Shown here in pieces: positions 1 to 10,009 of a DNA stretch of 50,056 nucleotides. The translations under genes were made by a program, and so were the position numbers. Position 1 is the first letter of the stretch; each line of letters starts with the position of its first letter. A model generated the notes under the pieces. It worked only from the letters and a program-made list of their open reading frames with translations, ran no database searches and was not told the origin of the DNA. This DNA comes from Candidatus Woesearchaeota archaeon (GTDB taxonomy: Archaea > Nanobdellota > Nanobdellia > Woesearchaeales > WAPJ01). Location: the NCBI GenBank assembly GCA_047602885.1, contig JBLKOQ010000005.1, positions 1-50,056 on the forward strand, in the 5' to 3' direction.

Positions 1-192
1 GCAGGCTTCTTAGCAGTTGTCCTCCTGACAGTCTTCTTCTTTGCTGCAGGCTTTCTAACAGCCTTCTTGACCGTCTTCCTTACAACCTTCTTCTTGGCTG
101 CAGGCTTCTTAGCAGTTGTCCTCCTGACAGTCTTCTTCTTTGCTGCAGGCTTTCTAACAGCCTTCTTGACCGTCTTTCTAACAACTTTCTTT
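1..192. repeat. 99-bp (33-aa) coding tandem repeat, about 2 copies visible
   Basis: gcaggcttcttagcagttgtcctcctgacagtc at 1 and 100. Confidence 0.9.
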
Positions 193-218
193 TTTGTTGT
201 TTTTTTTGCGGTTGCCAT
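1..218 (-). CDS. Histone H1/Hc2-like Lys/Ala/Arg-rich repeat protein (runs off window start; missing from ORF track)
   Basis: ATG at 218 preceded by SD GAGGTGA (230-224); translates MATAKKTTKKKVVRKTVKKAVRKPAAKKKTVRRTTAKKPAAKKK... Confidence 0.85.
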   Translation of the reverse strand, partial: MATAKKTTKKKVVRKTVKKAVRKPAAKKKTVRRTTAKKPAAKKKVVRKTVKKAVRKPAAKKKTVRRTTAKKP

Positions 219-439
219 CCTTATCACCTCGTACACGTCCTTGCGATTAATGAACGTGCTTATCGTTATGATACTTTCTTTCGCACTTTTATTAATAAAC
301 TTTTGCATTTTTGTCATTTTTGCTGTGAATAAAACAATCATTGCCAATAAAACAATAAGATAATAGTCTTTCAATAGTTTATAAGTAATGATTAAAGAGT
401 ATTTTTCCGTCGGGAAATCATTATTTTGTAATTCCAATA

Positions 440-1222
440 TCATGTCTTACTTTTTTTGTCTTGTATGAATAATAGTACTAGTGTTGATATTATGAATATT
501 ATTGTCATAGTAAGCATTGACAATCTTATTATTGACAATCCAAGGCTGTGAAAGAATTCTTTGGGATAAACTTTTTCCAGGAGGTTTCCGTCGTGAAGAT
601 TCCATTCCTGATCTTGCATTAGTGTTTCAGGTATTATTCTAGATGAGTCTACAAATCGTTGGGTGTCTGCTGGCACAAGCAATAAGAATACTAGCGCCCA
701 TGCTACTATTACGGTTATTGATGAGTATTGTATTATCCTTGCTATTCCTAATGATGATTCTTTAGTGCTATTTCCTGCAAGCCTGCTTATAATATAATAT
801 AGTATGATGGCTATTATGCTGCCTAATAATAATAGTGCATTCGCCCTTTTCATGTTTACTATAGCGTTCTTTACGTATGATAGGTGTATCTTCTCGTCCT
901 CTTCAAGATAATTGACTCTTATGAGATCGTCATCACTCCTAAAATATTCGAGTATATGACTGTTTATTACGTAAGGGTCTGTCTGGTCCCTCGCATACTC
1001 TGATACTATTTCTATGCCAAGCCTGGTAATGATATTATTGTGTGTTGATTGTGACAATCCATAATATAATGTTGTGCTAAGAAACAATAGCAATGACAAT
1101 AGTATTATGCTGATAATCATTATTCCTACTGACAACACAGCATATTTTTTCTTTCTGTTATCATCGTATCTTGTAATCCTGCTCTTTTCTTCCTGTGTGA
1201 AAGCATTATCTCCCATGCCCAT
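440..1222 (-). CDS. Integral membrane protein, DUF1461/Lit-like (divergent)
   Basis: 4 hydrophobic segments; EKIHLSYVK and LEKVYPKEFF resemble DUF1461 motifs ExxHxxDVK and LxxxxPxxFF. Confidence 0.5.
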   Translation of the reverse strand: MGMGDNAFTQEEKSRITRYDDNRKKKYAVLSVGIMIISIILLSLLLFLSTTLYYGLSQSTHNNIITRLGIEIVSEYARDQTDPYVINSHILEYFRSDDDLIRVNYLEEDEKIHLSYVKNAIVNMKRANALLLLGSIIAIILYYIISRLAGNSTKESSLGIARIIQYSSITVIVAWALVFLLLVPADTQRFVDSSRIIPETLMQDQEWNLHDGNLLEKVYPKEFFHSLGLSIIRLSMLTMTIIFIISTLVLLFIQDKKSKT

Positions 1223-1311
1223 ATTTTATCACTGCCTATATTAATGGTTTTCGTATTTTTGTAAGTATTATCATCATATTTATAAATTAATGTTGCTTTA
1301 GTCTATTTGAG

Positions 1312-2328
1312 GTGTCCGAACTGTATTATGATGTCGTAACTGTGGGAAGCGCTACTATTGACGTATTTGCATATTCCGATAAGTCTGAAATCATAGAGAT
1401 TAGGAGTCCTAAGCATAATATCGAGTTTATTACTTATCCTCTAGGATCTAAACTGGCTCTTAATGAGATTAGCTATGAGCTTGGAGGAGGAGGCACCAAT
1501 ACTGCAGCTACATTCACAAAGCTTGGTTTCAAGACTGCTTTTGTTGGCCAGGTAGGTGGGGATTTTATAGGAAAAGAGATATTAAAGCATATAAAACTCC
1601 ATAATATCGAGTTCTGCGGCATTATCAGGCAGAAAGAATCATCCTCTTTTTCTATAGTGCTCGATTCTGTAGAAAAAGACCGTACTATACTCGCATATAA
1701 GGGTGTTAGCAATAATCCCGTAAAAGACACTGAGTTAGTAGACGCACTATTATATTATTATACGAGTCCTGGAGAAGAGGGGATTAATGCTTACGAAAAG
1801 CATATGGAAATGGTCCATAAGAATAGAAGCCATATAGCGTTTAATCCTTCGTCCTACATAGCCTCTCTAGGAGCTGAGAAGATTAAGAACCTTCTTAACA
1901 AGACAGACATACTAGTATTGAATGCTGAAGAATTATCATTGCTTTCCAAGGATTTGGTAATGAAGAAAGGCCTTGATTATACTGTTAGAGAAGGCATCAA
2001 GCTTCTTCATTCTTATGGTCCTCAAAAGATTGCTGTTACTAATGGCAAAAAAGACGTGTATGCAAGTGACGGCCATCATATCTACCATAGTCCTATCAGG
2101 AAGACCAAAGCAGTAGAGGCTACTGGTGCAGGTGATTGTTTCGGAGCAACTTTTGCAGGGATGCTTATTAGAAAGCATACTATTAAGGACGCTTTAGACT
2201 ATGCTCTTATTAATAGTGCGAGTGTCGTTTCATTCAGAGGCCCTAAGAACGGTCTTCTGACTATGGAACAGCTTAATATTGTTAAAAAGAGGGTAGAACC
2301 GTTAAAGGCAATGAAGTATGACATCTAA
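1312..2328 (+). CDS. PfkB family carbohydrate kinase
   Basis: GSATID, GGGGTNTA, GQVGGD and ATGAGDCF PfkB signatures. Confidence 0.92.
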   Translation: MSELYYDVVTVGSATIDVFAYSDKSEIIEIRSPKHNIEFITYPLGSKLALNEISYELGGGGTNTAATFTKLGFKTAFVGQVGGDFIGKEILKHIKLHNIEFCGIIRQKESSSFSIVLDSVEKDRTILAYKGVSNNPVKDTELVDALLYYYTSPGEEGINAYEKHMEMVHKNRSHIAFNPSSYIASLGAEKIKNLLNKTDILVLNAEELSLLSKDLVMKKGLDYTVREGIKLLHSYGPQKIAVTNGKKDVYASDGHHIYHSPIRKTKAVEATGAGDCFGATFAGMLIRKHTIKDALDYALINSASVVSFRGPKNGLLTMEQLNIVKKRVEPLKAMKYDI

Positions 2329-2337
2329 TTATTGTCA

Positions 2338-4263
2338 TTACTGCTCTTTTTCTACTGCTCCAGCATCCCATCCTGAACCTTGAGGTCTACTCGTGCCAAA
2401 ATAGTCTGATTCTATACTCGGCATCTGTACCCCTGCATCTAGAGTAGGTGATCCCTGAACAATACTAAAGTCAAGCTTGTAAGGATCACGATAGACTGAC
2501 TGAGTCGTTTCTACATTCCCTTCAAATATGGTATTGCTGGCTCGATCGTCAATATTCCTGCTGTTATCTAAAAAGACGTTGTTAGCTACATATGCATCGT
2601 TCCGCCTCGTGCTCAGCGCACTATTGCTTGATGACATACCGTTTCCTATGAATGTGTTGTGAACAACGATTCCTCCGGGTGTTTGGTCCCTATGGCCATT
2701 GCCATTATATAGCAGAATGTTGTTGCGAATTGTATTGTTGCTTCCTGTTCCACCATCATCAATAGCAACTATCACTACAGCAGGACCTTTTCTTCGATCC
2801 GAGCTGTAGTGATGCCATGGAAAACGACCGTTTCGATAGAAGAGATTGTTTTCTGCTTTCATGTTCTCAGGGAATGGCCCGTTACTAGTTCTCGATTGTA
2901 TGGACCTAACCACGTCATGCACTATGTTACCTTCCCATATCACTCCGTCTCCTGATGTGTACCAACCGTATGATGTACCCGGATAACCATTATTATGGAT
3001 ATGGTTATTCAAGAATAGTAAGTGGTTCGCGTTGCCACTAAACGAGGTTTCATACATTCCGTGTATCTCCATGTTTTGAAAGGTGAGATAGCTAGAGTAT
3101 TCTCTTGTATGAGTGCTAAGCATCCGAACAGCGCGTAGTGAATTGCTCTTTAGCGTTTCGTCCATCTTCTTCCATTGCTCATATATATCGTCATCACGAA
3201 TGTCCAATGAGCGTGCAATATCAATCTGAGGATTACTGTCAGTTATCTCAAATCCATCGAAAATCCAGTGCTGTGAAGGGTTGGTAATGTAGATTACCGC
3301 TGCATCGTGATCAGTAAGCTGTGCATCTAGTATTACGCGCTCTCCAGGATACGCTTGTATAGTAATTGGGTTGTTGGGTTCTCCGCTCTTTTGTATGATG
3401 CGGAATCCTGCATAAGTGCCTTCACGTACAAGTATCGTATCGCTTGGCTTTGCAGTATCAACCGCTTTTTGTATGGTCCTGAAAGGACTGTTTCTGGAGC
3501 CTGATGCACTGTCGCTTCCACTCATAGTAACATAGTATCGGGCATCTGGTACTGGACCTGGAAGGGGAAGGTTGAGTAGTGCATCCAAATCGCTCGGATT
3601 ACGCGTATTTGCTATTACAACAATGTCTACACTGCTACGCGGACCTAATGGTCTTAGTGTAGCCTGAGTTCCTTCCATAGTACCTTTATATGCTTCAACC
3701 CACTCGTATTCCTGTACAGCTATGGGTCTAACGGTTCGACTGGCTCCTCCGGGAAGATCAAGTCTCCATCCTGCAATGTTATCTCGCTGTGCATATAATC
3801 GTATCCATACTGAGACATCGCCTGTAGGCTTATCAAAAGAAAAAGTTAGTCCATCACGTGGAGGGTAAGTGCCTCCGAAAGTCTCATACTTCCAAGGTGC
3901 ATTAACTGCTATTCCTCCTGATGCCCTACGATCATGTACTAGTTGGAATGGACCGTCGTGTACTGTAGCATATTCTGATAGATCTATTATCTGATAATCC
4001 ATTATAGAATCAGAATAATGTATGGTAACGTTTCTGCAGTCAATGCTACAATATGTGCAACTGCCACCAATAGGAGGTTCGCATACAACGCCATTGAGTT
4101 CACCATCATCACACTCCTCTCCCTCTTCAGTTATTTGATTGCCGCATACAGGCTGAGGAGGATCAGGGTCAAAACCATTCTCAGGAGGAGGCAGACAGCC
4201 ACTAATAAAAAGCAGTACAACAATTGACAATACTCCAATAAACAACACACTATTCTTTCCCAT
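2338..4263 (-). CDS. Predicted lipoprotein with Cys-rich repeat, DUF1565 and right-handed beta-helix (pectate-lyase-like)
   Basis: Signal peptide ending ISGC; CGNQITEEGEECDDG; GSRNSPFRTIQKAV; N-rich beta-helix repeats; C-terminal RPQGSGWDAGAVE. Confidence 0.75.
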   Translation of the reverse strand: MGKNSVLFIGVLSIVVLLFISGCLPPPENGFDPDPPQPVCGNQITEEGEECDDGELNGVVCEPPIGGSCTYCSIDCRNVTIHYSDSIMDYQIIDLSEYATVHDGPFQLVHDRRASGGIAVNAPWKYETFGGTYPPRDGLTFSFDKPTGDVSVWIRLYAQRDNIAGWRLDLPGGASRTVRPIAVQEYEWVEAYKGTMEGTQATLRPLGPRSSVDIVVIANTRNPSDLDALLNLPLPGPVPDARYYVTMSGSDSASGSRNSPFRTIQKAVDTAKPSDTILVREGTYAGFRIIQKSGEPNNPITIQAYPGERVILDAQLTDHDAAVIYITNPSQHWIFDGFEITDSNPQIDIARSLDIRDDDIYEQWKKMDETLKSNSLRAVRMLSTHTREYSSYLTFQNMEIHGMYETSFSGNANHLLFLNNHIHNNGYPGTSYGWYTSGDGVIWEGNIVHDVVRSIQSRTSNGPFPENMKAENNLFYRNGRFPWHHYSSDRRKGPAVVIVAIDDGGTGSNNTIRNNILLYNGNGHRDQTPGGIVVHNTFIGNGMSSSNSALSTRRNDAYVANNVFLDNSRNIDDRASNTIFEGNVETTQSVYRDPYKLDFSIVQGSPTLDAGVQMPSIESDYFGTSRPQGSGWDAGAVEKEQ

Positions 4264-4381
4264 AATCGATTCACAATCAATAATACGATATAAATATTGT
4301 CATTATGGATATTATGGTTATAATAAATCAATAAACTATTTAAAGGGGATTCTGATTAGTTCATGAAAGGAGGGTGTGATT

Positions 4382-6796
4382 ATGGATAAGTCGAATGAGT
4401 TTATACTATGGTTTGACCAGTTGGATATTAATGATGTGGGCCTTGTAGGTGGAAAAAATGCTTCTTTAGGAGAGATGTATGTTAATCTTTCTACTAAGAA
4501 TATTAGTGTACCTAATGGTTTTGCGCTGACAGCTTATGCTTATAGGTATATTGTGGACAAGCTTAATCTTAGGACAAGACTTGAGGAGATGCTCCAAGGC
4601 CTTAATACTCATGATATGCATGACCTTTCTGAGAGGGGAGAGAAGATTAGGGCTATGTTCAGGAATATTGATATCCCTGAAGAAATACTTTCTGCACTGT
4701 CTAAGGCTTACAAGGACTTGTCTAGTGCTTATAATATGGATGAGGCTGATGTTGCTGTTAGGAGCAGTGCTACTGCGGAGGACTTGCCTGACGCTAGTTT
4801 TGCAGGACAGCAAGAAACATATCTTAATGTCAAAGGACTAGACGAATTAGTATTGGCTGTCAAAAAGTGCATAGCCTCCCTCTTTACTAATAGGGCTATT
4901 AGTTATAGGGTGGATAAGGGTTATGACCATTTTAGTATTGCATTGTCTGTAGGAGTCCAGAAGATGGTAAGGTCTGATAAAGGCTCTTCAGGAGTAATGT
5001 TTACTCTAGACACTGAATCAGGATTTAAGGATGTTATTCTTATCAACGCTGCTTATGGTCTGGGAGAAAATGTTGTTCAGGGAGCTGTTAATCCCGACGA
5101 GTATTTTGTTTTTAAGGGCACTGTATTCAGCCACAAGCCCATAGTACAAAAGAGGCTTGGTGAGAAAGAAATCAAGATGATATACAGCAAGGAAGGGAAT
5201 AAGCCTGTAAAAAACGTTAATGTTCCTCATGATGAAAGACTAAGGTTTGCGCTAAGCGATGATGATATTATGGTGCTTGCAAGGTGGGGTACATTAATAG
5301 AAGCTCATTATTCTGAAAAAGCAGGTTATTATAAGCCTATGGATATAGAATGGGCAAAGGATGGCATTACAGGAGAACTGTTTATTGTACAGGCAAGGCC
5401 TGAAACAGTGGTCAGCCAGAAATCCCAGAATGTCCTCGAAACTTATGTTCTAGAAGAGCATGGAAAGGAAATAGTAAGAGGGCAGAGTGTAGGCGATAGG
5501 ATAGGCCAGGGACAGGTTAATGTGATTAAGGATGTCCATAATATTCATGAGTTCAAGAAAGGCCAAGTGTTAGTTACTGACATGACTGATCCTGACTGGG
5601 AGCCTATTATGAAGATTGCTTCAGGAATTATTACTAATCGTGGCGGTAGGACTTGTCATGCTGCTATAGTAAGCAGGGAGCTTGGCATTCCTGCTATCGT
5701 TGGTACTAATGATGCTACTACCCGAATTAATAACAATCAGGAAGTAACGGTAGTATGTTCTGAAGGTGATGAAGGCATAGTATATGATGGCAAGCTGAAG
5801 TTTAGGAAGGATGTTCTAAATCTTGATAGTATTCCTACGCCTAAGACTAAGATTAAGATGATAGTAGGTAGTCCCGATCAAGCTTTCAAGTTTAGTATGA
5901 TTCCTAATGATGGTGTGGGCCTTGCAAGAGAAGAGTTTATTATTATGTCTTATATTAAAGTGCATCCTCTTGCTCTGCTACATTTTGATAAGGTAACTGA
6001 CAATAATGTGAGGTCGCAAATAGAGGATCTTACTGCCGCTTATCTTAGTAAGGAACAGTTCTTTATAGACAAGCTCGCAGAAGGAATTGGTATGATAGGA
6101 GCAGCATTCTATCCTAAAGACGTTATAGTAAGGCTTTCTGATTTTAAGAGCAATGAGTATGCTAATCTTGTAGGAGGAAAGTATTTTGAGCCTAGAGAGG
6201 ACAATCCTATGATAGGGTGGAGGGGCGCTTCAAGATATTATTCTGAAAAGTATAAGGATGCTTTTGCTCTTGAATGCAAAGCATTATTAAAAGTTAGGGA
6301 TGATTATGGACTTTCTAATGTGCATGTTATGATACCTTTCTGTCGTACTGTAGAAGAAGGTAAAAAAGTGATTGCTGAGATGACCAAGAATAATTTAGTG
6401 CAGGGCAAGGATGGTATGAGAGTTTATGTCATGGCAGAGATTCCTTCTAATGTCATTCTAGCAGATGAGTTCAGCCAGGTCTTTGACGGTTTTAGCATAG
6501 GAAGCAACGATCTAACACAACTGATATTAGGATTGGATCGTGACTCTGAACTCGTAGCTCATATCTATGATGAGAGGAATATGGCTGTTAAGACGATGAT
6601 AAGCGATGTTATTATGAAAGCAAAGAATAATAGTAGGGAGATAGGCATTTGCGGTCAGGGTCCTAGCGACTTTCCTGACTTTGCACAGTTCTTAGTGGAA
6701 AAAGAGATTGACAGTATTAGTCTGAATCCTGATACTGTTATTAAGACCAGGATTCTTATTTATGATAAGGAAAAAGAATTGGGGTGGCATGGCTGA
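4382..6796 (+). CDS. ppsA: Phosphoenolpyruvate synthase
   Basis: VGGKNASLGEM, AVRSSATAEDLPDASFAGQQET, GGRTCHAAIVSRELG, FSIGSNDLTQL; SD GGAGG upstream. Confidence 0.97.
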   Translation: MDKSNEFILWFDQLDINDVGLVGGKNASLGEMYVNLSTKNISVPNGFALTAYAYRYIVDKLNLRTRLEEMLQGLNTHDMHDLSERGEKIRAMFRNIDIPEEILSALSKAYKDLSSAYNMDEADVAVRSSATAEDLPDASFAGQQETYLNVKGLDELVLAVKKCIASLFTNRAISYRVDKGYDHFSIALSVGVQKMVRSDKGSSGVMFTLDTESGFKDVILINAAYGLGENVVQGAVNPDEYFVFKGTVFSHKPIVQKRLGEKEIKMIYSKEGNKPVKNVNVPHDERLRFALSDDDIMVLARWGTLIEAHYSEKAGYYKPMDIEWAKDGITGELFIVQARPETVVSQKSQNVLETYVLEEHGKEIVRGQSVGDRIGQGQVNVIKDVHNIHEFKKGQVLVTDMTDPDWEPIMKIASGIITNRGGRTCHAAIVSRELGIPAIVGTNDATTRINNNQEVTVVCSEGDEGIVYDGKLKFRKDVLNLDSIPTPKTKIKMIVGSPDQAFKFSMIPNDGVGLAREEFIIMSYIKVHPLALLHFDKVTDNNVRSQIEDLTAAYLSKEQFFIDKLAEGIGMIGAAFYPKDVIVRLSDFKSNEYANLVGGKYFEPREDNPMIGWRGASRYYSEKYKDAFALECKALLKVRDDYGLSNVHVMIPFCRTVEEGKKVIAEMTKNNLVQGKDGMRVYVMAEIPSNVILADEFSQVFDGFSIGSNDLTQLILGLDRDSELVAHIYDERNMAVKTMISDVIMKAKNNSREIGICGQGPSDFPDFAQFLVEKEIDSISLNPDTVIKTRILIYDKEKELGWHG

Positions 6797-7590
6797 TGGT
6801 TAATACCAAGAATTTTTTTAGGAATGGAATGGCATCCATACTAGCGTATGATCAGGGTTTTGAGCATGGACCTAAGGATTTTGATATGACTAATGTTGAT
6901 CCTAAGCATATTGTTGGTATAGCGTCTTCAGGCAACTATACTGGACTGGCCCTTTGTCCTGGGACTGCAGAGAAATATTATAATAAGGGCAATGAGTCTG
7001 TACCTCTTATAGTAAAGCTTAATTCTAAGACGCATTATTCGCATGGGGATGCTTTAAGCCTTGCTAATTGCAGTGTTCAAAGAGCTGTTAAGATGAACGC
7101 TCAGGCTGTAGGTTATACTCTTTATACTGGCTCTTTGCATGAACAAAAACAGTATCAGGAGTTCGGTAGGATTATTGGGGAGGCTCATGATGTGGGCCTT
7201 AGTGTTATTGCGTGGGCTTATCCTAGAGGACACATGATTGATAATGAGCTGTCAACCGATACTATTGCTTATGCTGTGAGAATAGCTGCTGAACTCGGTG
7301 CTGATATTATTAAGTGCAAGTATAATCTTGATGCTAAAGGATTTCCATGGGTAGTGTCTAATGCTCTTAAAGCAAAAGTAGTTGTTTCGGGAGGCAGTAA
7401 GACTGACCAGCATAAGTTTTTAAGCCAGCTAAAAGACACTACTGGTATGGGAGCTAAAGGAACTGCTGTAGGCCGTAATGTATGGCAAGACCCTAAACCT
7501 TATAGTCTATCGAGGGCTATAGGAAAACTGTATTTTGATAATGGGAGTGTTGATGAAGCACTACTATTATATAATGAGGGTAATGATTAA
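6796..7590 (+). CDS. Class I (DhnA-type) fructose-bisphosphate aldolase family
   Basis: AYDQGFEHGP, WAYPRG, ELGADIIK, GRNVWQ; ATG overlaps the ppsA stop. Confidence 0.88.
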   Translation: MVNTKNFFRNGMASILAYDQGFEHGPKDFDMTNVDPKHIVGIASSGNYTGLALCPGTAEKYYNKGNESVPLIVKLNSKTHYSHGDALSLANCSVQRAVKMNAQAVGYTLYTGSLHEQKQYQEFGRIIGEAHDVGLSVIAWAYPRGHMIDNELSTDTIAYAVRIAAELGADIIKCKYNLDAKGFPWVVSNALKAKVVVSGGSKTDQHKFLSQLKDTTGMGAKGTAVGRNVWQDPKPYSLSRAIGKLYFDNGSVDEALLLYNEGND

Positions 7591-8063
7591 TGCCGTTCTT
7601 TTTTCCTATACAGAATCCTGATGAAGGCGTTTATGTTGCATTGTTAGTGCACGATTATAAGATATTATTGTTGAAGCATAAGAAGCATGAGCACTGGTTT
7701 TTTCCTCATGGCTATAGCCTTTTGCAGGAGATTCCTGATGATACTCTTAAGCGTATTTGTCTTGACCAGACTAGGATTATTGCAAATCCTCTAGAATATT
7801 CTCCTATAGCCGACCAGAATGATACTAAGAGGTGTGCTATCCCTCTGCATAATGAGATGAGGAGTTTCGGCAGCCATAAGGTATATTGTTCTTATTATCT
7901 TTGCAAGGCTATGAATCCTAATGATGCTATAGCCTCTGAAGACCATGGCATTGTAGAGATGAGATGGTATACCAAGGATGAGCTATTAGCACTTAATCTT
8001 CCCCAAGGTATCTTAGACATTTGCATACTCTCTCTGGAGAAGCAGATGAAATTCGAGTTCTAG
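7590..8063 (+). CDS. NUDIX-fold protein with degenerate Nudix box
   Basis: ILLLKHKK..WFFPHG N-terminus and EMRWY; the catalytic REXXEE is replaced by RICLDQ. Confidence 0.6.
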   Translation: MPFFFPIQNPDEGVYVALLVHDYKILLLKHKKHEHWFFPHGYSLLQEIPDDTLKRICLDQTRIIANPLEYSPIADQNDTKRCAIPLHNEMRSFGSHKVYCSYYLCKAMNPNDAIASEDHGIVEMRWYTKDELLALNLPQGILDICILSLEKQMKFEF

Positions 8064-8117
8064 TTTATAAAAGAAGATTATGAATAATTTTATAAACAAC
8101 TCTTATAGTCTCTTGTT

Positions 8118-8378
8118 ATGGGGTTTAATAATACTAAAGAAATAATGGTAGTAAGCGTTACTCTGCTTATAATATTTGGAATATTCTTTATGGGCTATGT
8201 TTCTGCTGTTAATAATCCTATCATGTCATTCGATGATTGTGGTTCAATAATAGTAGACCTTGCTGATGATTATCATTTGAATATTTGTGAGGCTGATATG
8301 GTATTCTATTGTCTTCATGAAATGAACAATCCGGATTATAGAATGATTGACGGTTATTGCAGTATTTTTGTGTTGTGA
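8118..8378 (+). CDS. Small membrane-anchored Cys-containing hypothetical protein
   Basis: N-terminal TM helix, 4 Cys, TATA-like box (ttttataaa) upstream. Confidence 0.6.
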   Translation: MGFNNTKEIMVVSVTLLIIFGIFFMGYVSAVNNPIMSFDDCGSIIVDLADDYHLNICEADMVFYCLHEMNNPDYRMIDGYCSIFVL

Positions 8379-8382
8379 TTAT

Positions 8383-9147
8383 ATGTTTATTCTAGATCCT
8401 AATCCTGTAGCGTTCTCGATATTCCAGTTTGACATTAGATGGTACGGTTTGTTCGCGGCTATCATGGCTCTTGTAGGATATTATCTAGCGCCTTATCTTG
8501 CGAGGAAGAGGTTTGGTGACAAGAGAGAATATATTTATCAGAATGCTATTCTAATAAGCGCTATTAGTGGTATTATTGGCGCGAGAATATTTCATGTTAT
8601 ATTAGAGTGGGAAAGGTATTCTGGAAATATTGGAGGCATGATGGCTGTATGGACGGGCGGACTGTCTTTTCATGGAGGATTATTGTTTGGACTGTTATCT
8701 CTAATTATTTATGCTCGTATTGTCAAGATTCCTTTCCAGCAGATTACTGATGTTATAGTAATACCTTTTGCACTTGCACTTTCTATAGGTAGGATAGGAA
8801 ATATTATGAACAGCGAAATACTTGGGAGGGCTTGTGATTCTTGCCTATTCTCTTTTACTTTTGCTGTTGATGGTGTTGAACGTTATCCTGTGCAGGCTGT
8901 GAGTATGCTAAAGAATTTGGCTGTAGCTTTCATCTCATATACTCTTCTTATGAGGACCAAAACAGCTGGGTTTTCCAGTGCTGCATTCCTGTTATCATAT
9001 TCTGTATTCAGGTTCTTTGTAGAGTTTATTAGGAACGAACCATACGTATTCTGGTATATCAGTCTTGGCCAGATAGTAACATTGCCTATTATTATTGTTA
9101 GTGCAGTATGGTTATGGCGGCTTATACGTTTAGAGAATGCTAAGTAA
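8383..9147 (+). CDS. lgt: Prolipoprotein diacylglyceryl transferase
   Basis: IRWYG, GARIFHV, GGLSFHGG, GRIGN..NSEILG, RFFVEFIR. Confidence 0.92.
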   Translation: MFILDPNPVAFSIFQFDIRWYGLFAAIMALVGYYLAPYLARKRFGDKREYIYQNAILISAISGIIGARIFHVILEWERYSGNIGGMMAVWTGGLSFHGGLLFGLLSLIIYARIVKIPFQQITDVIVIPFALALSIGRIGNIMNSEILGRACDSCLFSFTFAVDGVERYPVQAVSMLKNLAVAFISYTLLMRTKTAGFSSAAFLLSYSVFRFFVEFIRNEPYVFWYISLGQIVTLPIIIVSAVWLWRLIRLENAK

Positions 9148-9153
9148 TACTGA

Positions 9154-9780
9154 CTATGAGAATATGTAGTCGTCTATTAATGGGAGCCATAAACTGCCTT
9201 TGAATTGCATTATGGGATTGTTGTTGCCTTCCATTACCATTCGTATGAGCAAGTGCTTTTCTCCTACTGACAATACCATTATTCCAATATTTACTAGTTC
9301 CATTAGCCTCTTGTCGGTACTGCTTATGGTATTAAAACATATTATCCTGTCGTATGTCTTGCTAATATCTTTTAGTCTCCTATAATATTGTGGCGCTATA
9401 ATATTTAGTGTTCCTAGGTTGGCTGATGCTCTTTGTATATGTTCTATTCTTGGCTCTATAACATCTAGCTCTACTCCTATAGTGCTTAGTAGTGCTTCTT
9501 CATATCCTGTAATGCTTCCTATCTGGAGTACTTTTAGTTTTGTAGACAATGATGCCTCTACTAACAGTCTTATAGTCTTATAAGAATCTATTATTATGCT
9601 CTGATCATCTAATCTAATATCTTCCTGGGAGTAAGCCAGTTCTTTGTATCCTTCAGGAAGGAAATCCTCTCTTACTATTTTGAGAAATGCATTTACTACT
9701 AATTCATTCTTGATAATGCTCTCTTTTTTCCATAATTCTATTAGTTTCCTCCTGCTTTCTATACTATTATCATTTTTCAT
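9154..9780 (-). CDS. Protein-L-isoaspartate O-methyltransferase-like protein, degenerate
   Basis: VVNAFLKIVREDFLP..AY and KVLQIGSITGY; start reassigned to ATG 9780 because the longer ORF reads through the MITE. Confidence 0.7.
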   Translation of the reverse strand: MKNDNSIESRRKLIELWKKESIIKNELVVNAFLKIVREDFLPEGYKELAYSQEDIRLDDQSIIIDSYKTIRLLVEASLSTKLKVLQIGSITGYEEALLSTIGVELDVIEPRIEHIQRASANLGTLNIIAPQYYRRLKDISKTYDRIICFNTISSTDKRLMELVNIGIMVLSVGEKHLLIRMVMEGNNNPIMQFKGSLWLPLIDDYIFS

Positions 9781-9824
9781 GACATAACAAAGTCCTACGA
9801 TGATATAAAAGCATTGTTTTTTAG

Positions 9825-9958
9825 AGCTCCGCATATAATATACGAAAAAGTGTGCTATGCGCCACCCCGAAGGGGCCAACCCCCGGCCCATCAGCGTCAA
9901 GCGTGAACGTTCGTTCCCGCTCCAGCTGACGGCTGCCGCACACTTTTTCTCTAAGGCC
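9825..9958 (-). mobile_element. 134-bp MITE-like structured element, copy 1 (inverted)
   Basis: Reverse complement collinear with 29911-30044 and 33339-33472, same length; flanks match only 6/9. Confidence 0.8.
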
Positions 9959-10009
9959 TTTTGTTGGGAAATCTTTAAAAGCATGATGTGTATTGCTGTT
10001 AGTGGAGGG

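Noticed and set aside
67-363. 98-aa hydrophobic + strand ORF
   Set aside because: Antisense shadow of the Lys-rich gene, which has the SD and ATG
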